Origin: the human T2T-CHM13v2.0 reference genome, Homo sapiens
Assembly (NCBI RefSeq): GCF_009914755.1
Contig: NC_060938.1
Length of the DNA: 64,000 nt
Direction: 5' to 3' (one strand)
In this document: positions 1 to 12,330 of the stretch, piece by piece
How the letters are laid out: every line of letters begins with the position of its first letter
How positions within the stretch are numbered: the first letter of the stretch is position 1
The notes under the pieces: model-generated
The model's database searches: none
Told to the model about the DNA's origin: nothing
Seen by the model: the letters and a program-made list of their open reading frames with translations, nothing else
Position numbers and translations under genes: made by a program

Positions 1-430
1 CGAGGGCCAGAGGGTTCAGTGCCACCCGGTGCCCGGGTCCAATCTTGCTGAAGCCGCTGCTTCCCCGGAAGACCGGGGGAGGGGGTGGCAGCCGAGAAAG
101 GACCTTCTCCCCTCCGCAGCGTCGGCCGTTCTGCTGGCGGCGACTGGGTTTGCACCCCGGAGGGAGCCGCCGCGGCCACTGCTTCCAGGACGCACGAGAG
201 CAGAGGAGAGGAGTGCACGCACGCAGGCTCCCGCCGCCCCCAGGCCTGGCCGGCGCCCGGGCCGCCGCGGCTGGCGGCGCTCACGTTGGCTGCAGGGCGC
301 TCGCGCGGCGCCTCGGCCCGGGTCGCATCCCTTCCCGCTCGTGCTCACGCTCGCCCGGAATGTGGGGTTGTGATTGTTACTCTACGTTCCGGAGGCGCGT
401 CTCGGCGCTCCTGCTCCGGCTGCGGCTCGC
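1..430 (-). other. IRF2BPL: 5' leader (5'UTR part of first exon) of a minus-strand gene, probably IRF2BPL; CDS lies outside the window
   Basis: Very GC/CpG-rich unique sequence immediately downstream (on - strand) of a CRE/NRF1 promoter. The reverse complement (…GGAACGTAGAGTAACAATCACAACCCCACATTCCGG…) resembles my recollection of the IRF2BPL mRNA leader, and a long gene-free upstream region fits that locus. TSS position approximate; identity from memory. Confidence 0.6.
281..328 (-). other. Candidate upstream ORF, 15 aa (MRPGPRRRASALQPT)
   Basis: ATG at 328 (context gaagggATGc, purine at -3) to TGA at 283-281 on the - strand, within the inferred 5' leader. Confidence 0.45.
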
Positions 431-475
431 GCTGTCCCCGGCTTGGCCGCGCGGGATGCCGCCCGGGCGGAGCGC

Positions 476-483
476 TGACGTCA
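476..483. promoter_or_regulatory. Full palindromic CRE (CREB/ATF site)
   Basis: TGACGTCA, exact consensus, inside the CpG island ~50 bp upstream of the inferred minus-strand TSS. Confidence 0.8.
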
Positions 484-558
484 CCGCCATGCTCTGCACC
501 AGTTCTTCCCCCTCCCCTTTACACTTCCTCTGTGGAGCCCACTTGTTGCTCAGGCAAG

Positions 559-568
559 GCGCATGCGC
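559..568. promoter_or_regulatory. NRF1-type motif
   Basis: GCGCATGCGC palindromic core of the NRF1 consensus. Confidence 0.75.
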
Positions 569-1367
569 GGCAGGACGCCCAGATTCCTCCCAGCCGGCCC
601 CTCCTCCGCGCCTCCGCCCTCCCCTCCCCCCTCGCCGTGTGTGTACAACAGCTGAGGCCCGGCGAGCTAATGCTGGAAGTCCAGAGCTGGGGGTGGAAAT
701 TAAACAGACGATGACCTTTCCTTTCCCTGCCCGGCATTCCCAAGTAAAAACGCATTTAAGAACCACTAGCGTCGTTTCCGATCCCTGCTCCCCACCCCAC
801 CCCCAAGCCTCGGCAGTGAATTTAAATGTCCTGTTTCAGGATTTTTCGCCGTGAATTTCGTATAAGGTATTAACCATTTCATCTGCGGTTGAACCTTATC
901 CCCCCCGGCATGGATGTTAAATTCATCGCCACCACTGATGCCGAAGCACCTGCAAAATTAGCTGTTTTCCAATCTTCCAGAAATTGTCTTTTCTATTTGT
1001 TTTTGTGCCCTGATCTAGGAACCCGGGCTTCAACGATAGAGCTAAATGAATTCAGAGTGCGCTACCCTTCCCCCCAGCCGCACTTTAAAAATTTTGGCTG
1101 AACGTCTGAAGAAGATACGAGCACCCCGAGGCCTTTAAGGAAAACAGGCAACTGGCTGCGCACAGCTGCAGTTCAGGGCAGGGAGGGGGAGGGGCCGGAG
1201 AGGCCAAACAGGTGAGTGTTTTTTCTAGAGTTTGATTTTTAAAAGGTGGAGGCAGCATTTAATAATACTGATACATTTTTGTAAAGCACAGCCGCAGTTT
1301 TCAAAGTTCTTTCTCAGGCGCTGTGATCTCACTCCATGTTGCCCCAGAAGGCGGAACAAGGCCGTGA

Positions 1368-1677
<310 letters not shown>

Positions 1678-2033
1678 TGATTTCTTCTGCCTTACAAGAT
1701 CACTGCTCATCAGTATTGCTTATGGCACGATGGATATGTTGGTCATAGCTCTAGTTGGGGCATTTCTATTGATTATTCTAATTATTGGGTTTGCTTTTTT
1801 TTTTTTTTTATTTCATGAAAACTGAGATAATCCCAGGGAAGGCTGGAGAAGGGAAAGCAATATAATGGGATTTCGGATTCTGAAGTGTGGCCCACCAGAT
1901 TGAAATTTCCTCTCCATCACTAACTGGCTCTCCACCCTTAAGCTAGTTACCCACAAAATCTCTCTTTTCCATGGAAAAGAGAATGGAATGATAGCTCCCA
2001 GGTTGTTAGGGTTGTTTGAGATTTCAACTTCGG

Positions 2034-2777
<744 letters not shown>

Positions 2778-2794
2778 TAATATTATCTACAGGG

Positions 2795-2905
2795 TAGATT
2801 CTTTTACCTCCATTTTACAAACCAGGAAAGTAAAGAGGCTATATAACTTGCCTACAGCCATTAGTGATGGGGCTGGGATTTGAATCCAGTAAATCTGATT
2901 TGAGG
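2795..2905 (-). mobile_element. MIR fragment
   Basis: MIR core-like cattttaca…aacttgcc…gggatttgaatccag. Confidence 0.7.
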
Positions 2906-4060
2906 TGTCTTTGACAAGCTCAGGCTTGCAGAGGTGGTTTGGGGTGCTCAAAATTCCCATCAGCCCCAGTTGATTTGGTGTTACATACAATCTTACGTAA
3001 GTACTATGCCAATACACCTTCATAACCAACCCCCAGCCTCCCCTTCCAAGCGCATTTGTACCACTGAGTTCTATATACAGAAGTTGTAGATCTGTCACTA
3101 CCAGACTGTAACTTAAATACACCATACAGAATGGAGAGCAGTGTTGGACTCACAGTTAGTGTTAGTTATTATTAGTATTGATACTAGTGTTGGTACTATT
3201 GCTGGTTGACATGTGACAGTACTTAGTAAACTGCATAAATTGTGAGGATCACTATTATCACTCTTATTACTAGTAATTGCAATAAAGTTCAGTGGAAGCA
3301 ACAAGAGATACTTACTTTTATTTTGACACTTGACTTCCAGAGCCTGTTCCCCTATCCAACACTCCCCAGAGCCCCAATCTCCCACTCATTCTGGGGCCCC
3401 TGAGTGCAAAGGAAAGGCGAGTTTTTAAGGACAGAAGAGGAGGAGGAGCCCTAGGGAGCCCCTCTTTCATCTCAAAGCAGCCAGATTTCTGTTTTTGCAA
3501 AACAGTGAGCTCACTGTGCACTCTAGAGCAATAATAAACTTTCTCTGGCCTGCTGGCACTTTGCAGTGATTCCTCTGCAAAGAGTTGCTTGGGGAGCATT
3601 GCCTCACTCTCCCAGACTTCAGCCCTCCCCACACTACCGCTACCCTGGAGTGAGTCAAAACATAGGGGTGGGAAATGGTTTGACATCCCCGCCAGCCTGG
3701 GGCTCCTTAGCTTTGGCTCGGTTGGGTGACCCATTTCTTTACATTAATATTTATTCAGCCCTTCCCTTTATTAAACCAAAAATATTAGGGAAATAGCAAC
3801 TTAGCCACAACCCTCCAGCCAGGCTGCTAGAGAAAGCAAGTTGGATTCTATGTCATGGTGTTATGTTTGGTATGCACACACATATGTCTCCATCTCCCTG
3901 TCTGTCTCTGTCTTCACTGTTACTAAAGGAGATATATATACACACATACATGCTGGGGTGCCTTCAGACACACTGAGTTAGAAATCAACGTGTATTTAAA
4001 CAGACTTCCATTACAGACTCATAATCCTTTCATTTATAAAACACAGCTGTCTCCAAACCG

Positions 4061-4076
4061 CCCCCCCCCCCCCCCC
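4061..4076. repeat. Poly(C)16 homopolymer
   Basis: 16 consecutive C, followed closely by an A run. Confidence 0.95.
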
Positions 4077-4539
4077 AACCAAAAAAAAGAATCAACATCA
4101 TTTGTGGTATCTCTTGTTGCCTGAGATGGCCGTTTGGGGATGTGTGAGAGACGGTGAGAGGCTAGAACTCCAGTGTTCTGGAGGTGGGTTTTCTCCCTGA
4201 AGAAGAGTCCCGTGGAACAAAACTATGACAACGGTGGAAAGGAACTGGAAAGGATTTGGGAGGGGGGTGGTGGAGGTGGAGGAGCCTCAACGTAAACTGC
4301 CAGGTGTAGAGACTCAAAGAACTCTGTCCATGGGGTCTGGGAGACAAGCAGAGACTAGCAGAGCCGGGCGCCAAACGGCGGCATCATCTTCCCAAAGTTC
4401 CTTCCTACTGTCGCTTTCCCCACCCAGCTTGCCATCTGGGCTGGCATCCTCAGAGAACCCTGCTCTAAACTGGAGCAAAAGGTCAGCTTTCCACCTGGCC
4501 TTGCCGGAGCACCATAGCCCAAGGTTACTAGTGGTGAGA

Positions 4540-5900
4540 AGGTCGCCAGGCGCGCACTTCGAAGCTCCCTGCACTCTCTCTCCTGCCCCCGCCGTTTTGT
4601 GGCAGAGACGGGGCGCGGGTGTGTGTGTGTGTTGCGGAGGGGGGGCTCTTGGCCTGGCAGCCCTGCAGTCAGCTGGCTCAACCTTCAAGGAGGCCCGGGC
4701 TGAACCTCGCGTCACCCTGCTGCAACGCGCGCCGCCAAGCGCTCCAGCGAGAGAAAGGCCTTTTTTGGTAACAGCCCCGCGGTAAGCGGGACCCACTTCT
4801 CTGGCCTGCGAGATCCGCCTTGGAGAAGATGAAAACAAACGTCTGCGTTGGGCCCTCCTCTGGCCTTTCGATGGCCCCTGATCGCCGCGCGCCAGGAACC
4901 CCAGAGGCGCAGTTTGAGCCCTGGGCCTGTAGAGACGAGCAAAGGGGCTGGGGAGGGTGGGGGAAGGGAGACAGCAAGATGATTTACAGATTTACTCCCA
5001 GGCCCATTCCGTGGCGGAAGTATTTGCCTTTCCCTAAAGGAGTAATCCCGGTATTTGAAAAAAAAAAAAAAAAAAGTATTAACTTAGGCCAGGGCGTAGG
5101 GTTACGCAAGAGCCACTCGAGCATGAAATCCCAGGAACAACGTGATTCGCTGAGAAGCCCCGGGGGAGGAAAGCCTGCACCGCCTGCCAGGACCTGCCCA
5201 GCCTGGGGCGCGCGGGCAGCCGGGCTCTCCGTGCAAAATCGGGTGGAAGGAAAAGGAGAGCGGGCGTAGTGTTTAGTGCAGGCACAGTGGCCACAGCGAG
5301 CGATGGATCTCTGACTGATTTCTTCCTGGAGGGGCGGGGAACAGGGAGGGGAAGAAAGGCGGGGGGAGTCGCGTCTGGTTCCTGCCTCCTCCCCGCTTCC
5401 TCTCTTTGCCCGCGTGCCAGGATGGGGGAGCCCAGCGCTGTCCTCAGCAAAAGCTGGTGTGGTTTTTTTAGGTCCAAAAATAAAGGAACCCTGGAATGAG
5501 CCGCCCAGGTACCAGGCCTAGAGGTAAAAAAAAAAAAGAGGGAAGAGCCAGACAAGGATGCTATTCACTGACCTGGTTGGGTTAAAACAAATACCCACAC
5601 CCCAAAAAGGGGGGTTGGAGAGGAAGGAAGCCTTGGACGGCAAGAATAGGCAGAAAGCTGGCAGGGCGGCCGACCAGGCCACAGGTGCGCATACCCCCGG
5701 ACCCTCCACCCCGCCGGGCGCGCGCCTGGGCCTCAGCAGGGAGTAGGAGTGCCAGCCAGTTCCCACTGGCCCACACCGACCTGGGGATTTCCACCGTCCG
5801 GCTACGGAGACCCGTTGCCGCCGGCGCTTTCCTGCTGGGGCCACCAGAAGGCGGGGCCTCAGAGCGGGAAGCCCCTCCCTGCAGCCTCGCCATCCCTCGG
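4540..5900. promoter_or_regulatory. Second CpG island (enhancer or alternative/lncRNA promoter)
   Basis: Repeat-free, GC- and CpG-rich (GCGCGC runs, GC boxes); no credible coding ORF. Confidence 0.75.
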
Positions 5901-6079
5901 TCAGGTCTGGTACATGGGGCAGCTGTCACTGCTGTGCCTGGTTGGGATGGATGGGCCAGGATCTTCAAATATTTTGGCTTGCGTGAGCTGAGTAGTTCAA
6001 CCCGAAACTCAGGAGAGAGGGAGGAAGGGAGGGCGCTTAGCATTTGGGTACATATTTACATTATGTTGTTTAACTTGGA

Positions 6080-6410
6080 CTTGGCTGACCCTAAACAGCT
6101 GTGTAAACTTGAGCAAATCTCTTGAATTTCGGTTTCTTCATCCGTAAAATGGGAAAAAGTTACACTGCTTCCTTTGCCTGCCTCGTTGATCTGTGTGGAA
6201 GACAATGTAATGTGCTTAATAAAATGTAAGAAATTATTAACAATACAATGACCAACATTTGTCTAGGGCTCGGAAGAGCATTCCCAGACATTATTTCACC
6301 AATCCCTACATCAACCCTGTGAAGTAGGTGTTACTTTCATCAACCTCCTGTATAGGTGAGGAAAGCCAAGTCCAGAATTACTGGAAACCAGGTTCCCTGG
6401 CTGTAAAACG
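6080..6410. mobile_element. Two MIR fragments in opposite orientation
   Basis: gctgtgtaaacttgagcaaat…catccgtaaaatggg and aaccctgtgaagtaggt…ggtgaggaaa cores. Confidence 0.65.
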
Positions 6411-6654
6411 CATTTCTTCTTTCACCCCGCCTGTTGCTATACCTTTTTGAGGGTCTCAGATGCTCCTCAGAAACTGCAAGAAATTAAAACCTCTCTCCCC
6501 ATTGGAGTTTACAGGTTCATGTCCCAGTAGATGCAAGGTTATACATAAATTAGCACAGGTTATTTTGGAGTTAAAATCACTATCCAGCTTTGAAGCAAAA
6601 TTGAGTAGTTATGCTTTCCTGGCATCCTGTAAAACCATTCTCTTTCTTCCTGCC

Positions 6655-7270
6655 TTTTTTTTTCTTTTACTTTCTTTCTTTTTCTTTTTTTTTTTTTTTT
6701 TTTGGAGAAAGTCTCACTTCAGTTGCCCAGGCTGAGTGCCGTGGTGCCATCTCAGCCCATACAGCCTCAACCTCCCTGGCTCAGATGATTCTCCCACCTC
6801 AGCCTCCCAAGTAGATGGGACTACAGGTGTGTGCCATCACGCCTAGCTCATTTTTTATTTTTTTTTATTTTTAGTATTAAAAAAAAAGAGAGAGATGGGA
6901 TTTTGCCATGTTGCCCAGGCTGGTCTCAAACTCCTGGACTCCAGCAATCCACCTGCTTGGGCCTCCCAAAGTGCTAAGATTACAGGCGTGAGCAACTGCG
7001 CTCAGCCCCTGCCAAAACAAAAACAAAAACATGTTATTTATTTATTTTGAGACAGGGTCTCACCCATGCTGGAGTGCAGTGGTACGGTCTCTCACCTCAG
7101 CCTTAGGAGTAGCTGGGACTACAGGCATGCACCACCCCATACCTAGCTTAGTTTTTTATTTTTTGTAGACACGGGGATCTCACTATGTTGCCCAGGCCTG
7201 TCTCTTCTGGGCTCAGGCAGTTCTCTCACCTCAGCCTCCCAAAGTACAGGGATTACCACCGCATCTGGTC
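6655..7270 (-). mobile_element. Two adjacent AluJ-like elements (6655-7007; internally deleted copy ~7035-7270)
   Basis: Alu consensus segments with poly-T tails. Confidence 0.88.
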
Positions 7271-7587
7271 TCTTCCTGCCTTTTCTATACCCCGGTCCTT
7301 GGCAGAGGTGATGGAGGAAAATCTGAAGTTCTAGAACTCACTGAAGCATTTAGGAATTTACTGAGATACCCTTACCAAGGACAGCAGCATTTTCATTGTG
7401 CACTCTTGAGAAAGACCCCAGGCTGAACAATAAACAAGGAGGAAAATGAAGAGAGTGCATTTTATAGTGGAAGGAGCCTCTTCTCATACCCAAAAGTCAT
7501 ATCACATAAGTAACGTGCGCCACCTTATACGGGTCACACCAGCTGTATAGACACTCACCCAACATGTACTGTCCTGTCCTTAGGCTA

Positions 7588-8102
<515 letters not shown>

Positions 8103-10525
8103 GCACTTCTAGCCAAGGGTAGGTGTATAGCTCTGACATCAAATCTGGCCTAGGCATCACTGGAGCAAGAAAGCCCGGAAACAAAGTGACCCCTCCAACA
8201 CATGTAGAGGACCACCATACTTTAACCTGAACTCCCCTCTCTGGCCGTACACAGAAGAGTAAGCTTGATAGGTCCCTGGTGTGAAACTATTCTCAGTACT
8301 TACATTTTGTTTCGAAGCTGAAACTTGGCTACCAGATGGCCTGGTGGGTTTCTGTTCCCCAACTCCCTAACCAGTGCCCTTCCATTTACCATTCATTCAG
8401 TTATTCAACTATTTATTTAGGGAACACTTTCTATCTCAGTGCTGGATGAACCAAGCCAGACTGGCTGTAGCCCAGAATCTAGAAGCTTCCATTTCCTCCT
8501 AGGTGTCCTACTTTCCTGATGCAATAGCCCAAAAGTCATAAGAGGCAGAGCTTTTTCAATACTCCCACCAGCCACATGACTGACTTAGAGCAATCTATTT
8601 ATTCTCTCTGGGACTCCATTTCTTCACCTGTCAAAGGTTGATATTAAAACCTGTTCTCCCTACTTCAGGGGTTTGCTATGAAATTCTGTATGTTAATGCC
8701 TAGGGCTGTAGAAAGGCGAGACACTGTGACAAATCTTTTTTCCAGCGCTAAGCCCTTCGAGGTAAAATGGGTGGAAAGCCAGGCCTGCCGCTAAGCCCTG
8801 TCCACTCTCTTCATCTTGCCCTTGGAGGGCCTCCTCCTGGGGGGCCAATCTAGCATGTCCATGTCCTTCTGGGCTGGCAGACAAACAAGCAATGACAAGC
8901 TTTAGGCCTAAAAGCTGGAGAAAGACAATAGCAAGGTTAGGCTGTTTGTTTCTCATCTCTTCTAGAGAGACAAGGATATCCCCTCCCCAAATCCCTGGTG
9001 GTGGCAGTGAAGCTCGGAGCAGTTGGATTTATTTAGGGCTTTTACTTTTTTTTTTTGTTTTGGCCAATTTGGAAAGAAAAGAGGCAATGACCTCTTCTTT
9101 AAAAAACAAAACTAGGCAGGAAGTGTACTGGGCCTGAGTGGCAGGGACTAAGGGTGTAATTACAGGTTTTTGTTCAGCATTTTCGAGTAATTAAATCCAA
9201 AGGAAAGCGAGCCTAGCCGAGGCTTCTTGGATGCAGGGCAGAGAAGAGCTGTGTGTATGTGTGTGTTTTGTGTGTGTTGGGATGGGGAGGAGAGGCAGGA
9301 GGTGAGAAATGGATTTGCTTTTCAGGCTGAGAAGAAGCGGGCTTCTCGCCTTTATTAATATTTTTACATTGCTTTTTCCAAAAGGTAGCCGATTATTCAT
9401 CTTTTATTCGGTGCCACTGCCCTCTCCTTGGTGACATTTTCAGCGTGCACAGCTTTCTAGGCACTGATTTTCCTTCACGCCAACTCTCCCCCTCCCCACT
9501 TTTTCATATTCCCGCTTTCTGCCTGGTTGCCCACACAATAAACCCACTGCAAAATCCGCAGCCAGCTTTCTTGCCTACAGCTTCCATCCCAGCGACCTCC
9601 GACGCTGAACAATAGTCTCTCCTTTTGTTTTAAACATCTTCTGGCTTTCCTTGTTCCGCTTTAAAATACTTCTTACCACCACCATCCCTACCCAGCCTCC
9701 CCCGTGGTTGCCTCGGTTTCCTTTTGGGACAAGCAGTCTGTGCACAAGCGCACCTGGTTTGCAACGCCCAGAGCGTTTGAAATGGGTTCAAAGCCTAGGG
9801 ATGCGCGGGCTCCTCTCTCCTCCCCTCCTCTTCCTTCCCTCTCCCTGGGCCCTTGATGTCCCTCCGACGTTCCCTGGACGTTGTGAAGTGACAAGCAAGA
9901 AAGCATATACTGTCTGCTCACATTTTTAAGGGCAGGAAACCTGACTCACCCCCAGACCACGCGCCCCAAGGAGGGGCACTTGCATTTTCCGGCGGGTGGG
10001 GGGGCGGCCTCTACTAGGGTTAGCTGGGGCCGGCCTGGAGGCTGCCCCCTCCTCTTCCTCCTTCTCCTACCCCCACCCCACATCATGCCCGCAGATTACC
10101 GCCCCCACTTCCCCCGCCAGTCCCCTTCACCTACTCTCCCCAAGAACAGATTGTTTATCAGAACGGGCAGCCAAGAAACCTACTCCTGTTTCTGGCCTCT
10201 GCCAGAGATTAATCACACTTGGGAATGGCACAAAACTTGACTGTGTTGGGAAGGGGTGAGGCGTAGGGGGTAGGAAGGTGGGGAGATGTGGGGTGGGGGG
10301 ATAGTTAAAAGGAAAGACCAATACATTTGACAAGGTGACCAAATCGGGGTTACCGCTGCCTCTCCCCTCCTTTAATTTTAGTAAGTCAGTGCAGAAGACG
10401 GAATTCTACTTCATTCCCACTCCCTCTACCCCCACCCCCAATTACCTTCCTTCTTCTCTAGGTCTTCATGTTTGATGCTTTAATAGTACTGACTGGCTTT
10501 TAATTCTGATTAACATTCTCAGCTG

Positions 10526-10529
10526 GTGC

Positions 10530-10574
<45 letters not shown>

Positions 10575-10575
10575 C
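10526..10575. repeat. (TG)n-(CG)n microsatellite, Z-DNA prone
   Basis: Uninterrupted purine/pyrimidine alternation GTGCGTGCG(TG)n(CG)n. Confidence 0.92.
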
Positions 10576-12129
10576 CCTCGAGCGCGCGTTGGGGCCTGGC
10601 AAGACACACTCAAACCGGACTGCCTGACAAATCCCCCCTTTTCATCCTTCTCTTTGAAATGACATCAAGATGGACTTGTGGGGGGGGAGGGATGAAGAGA
10701 GGAGGCACGGAAAAAAGAGAGGGAGGGGGAAGGAATTTATGTGCTTTTCTACGGCAGCTAGTAAAATTCCTAAGGGAGAACAAATGCCAAAATTGACTGT
10801 CTTGGTGTATTTTAGACCCGATCGTCAGGGTGAATCATGTCAGGGCTTTGCAGTGGACCTGCAGCCTGGGAGCTGAAGACAGGGACACGAAACATCCCTG
10901 TGTCTGGGAGGTGCCCTTCTGAAAGAGGCAGGAGATGGGTATTTGCTCTCACCAGGCTCCTCTCCTTCAGGATTTTTTTTTTTCTAATTCATTGCAAGAT
11001 GGAGTTTTTTTTTTAAAAATTGGCACTGATAAAGAAAAGCCAAGGATAGAAAACTCCCCATAAAACACGGCCCCCCAAGGGAAGTGCAAAACCCATTTGA
11101 TGCAAAATATAGATATCTTCACCCTGGATTTTTCCCCCTTTGCTTTACAACTCTGCAGACATCAGGTTAGCAAAAGGTAATAAATAGTCCTTGCACAGCA
11201 GGGTCTGGACTAGTGAAAACAGTTTACTGAAATTAATGGGCCTCGCTTGAACCAAAACCTCCACTTTGGAATTAATGCCAGACATAGTTTTCCTGAACTC
11301 TATCCAACCGCCTAAGCGGCAGACAATTTTCATTCTATTTGTGCTGGAAAATAAAGCCCAAGCCCTTGATCTCAGTGTAGATTTTCATTAAAAAAAAAAA
11401 AAAAAGTACAGTGAATACTATGCCAATTTCCACTTTCTGCCCATAGAAGCCCTTGTGCTCTGGGCTGTGCGTGACGGTCAGAAGTTATCTGGTAAACTTT
11501 GCATTGAAAAGCATCTCCGAACTCCCTCCCCATCTGTGGCCTCACAGCTTTCACCATGACATCTGAGAGATTCAAGGAAAGCTCCAGAAACAGGCTTAGC
11601 TCTCAATAACAACCCTCTTCCCTACAGATCTTAGAAAGGCTGGATCTGAACAACGCTGCCTGCAAGACCTCCATTCCCACCCTAAATAAAGCGCCAAACC
11701 ATCCAACCGAAACCCACCCCTCCTCCCCCGGTACTCAGGGTGTCTACAGCTCTGAGGCTCCCTTTATTTTTATTTTTATTAATGTATTTTTAAGGCTGAA
11801 AGGCACACACACCACACGCATTCACACCCAGTGGTTATGGGGTTTTGGCAGGTACGCGGAGACCCGGTGCCCCAGCTGTCAGTGTCTGATCCCAACCCCT
11901 CCTCCTCCTCCCTCCGTTATTTATTAATAAAAGCCTGGTCGTGGGCAGCCGGCGTTCTGGTTTTCATTGTACAGTCTGCACTGGTGACACAGGACATGTG
12001 GAAAATTTTGAGAGCACTGCGGTGAATAGTGTGGAGGGGGAGCGTGAGCAGGGGGAGGGGAGGGGAGGGAGGGGAGCGAGTTACTTTTTAGCTTCCGCTA
12101 AGTACTTGGCGGCTCGCCAGGCCCGGAGA

Positions 12130-12330
12130 ATTGTGGGAAGCGAAAACCTCCCCAGTATAAACTGCCAGCTTTAAGCAGCCCTGACAGTTCTGCTCCTTCC
12201 AAACTTGGCAGCCGTTCAAAGTGCTCTTTCATTTGAAATGCTGGAAGCCTGCCATGTGCAATGCAGATTTGCTGTGCCTGTGCGCAGAAGGAACTGATAA
12301 ATGCCGTTGCAGTTGCCATGGGGACAGGAG
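12130..12330 (+). promoter_or_regulatory. Candidate TATA promoter/enhancer core: RBPJ site, TATAAA, GATA, RFX X-box-like
   Basis: TGTGGGAA 12132-12139; TATAAA 12156-12161; CTGATAA 12294-12300; GTTGCCATGGGGAC 12312-12325; G-tract cluster 12051-12074. Confidence 0.5.

Larger units (their letters stand above)
1..800. promoter_or_regulatory. CpG island promoter
   Basis: High GC and unmethylated-type CpG density; GC boxes/C-rich tracts at ~595-635; ETS cores CCGGAA 355-360 and TTCCGG 387-392. Confidence 0.92.

Noticed and set aside
29-854. Long overlapping ORFs (269, 209, 114, 129 aa) in the first CpG island
   Set aside because: Stop-codon scarcity in GC-rich DNA; Pro/Arg/Ala/Gly-rich translations with no domain; several lack ATG starts and they overlap on both strands.
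3150-3290. AT-rich stretch with recurring TAGT/TATT words
   Set aside because: Looks like degenerate low-complexity sequence; no consistent period or structure.
4225-6125. ORFs of 146-186 aa across CpG island 2
   Set aside because: Same GC artefact; no recognisable protein motifs or exon structure.
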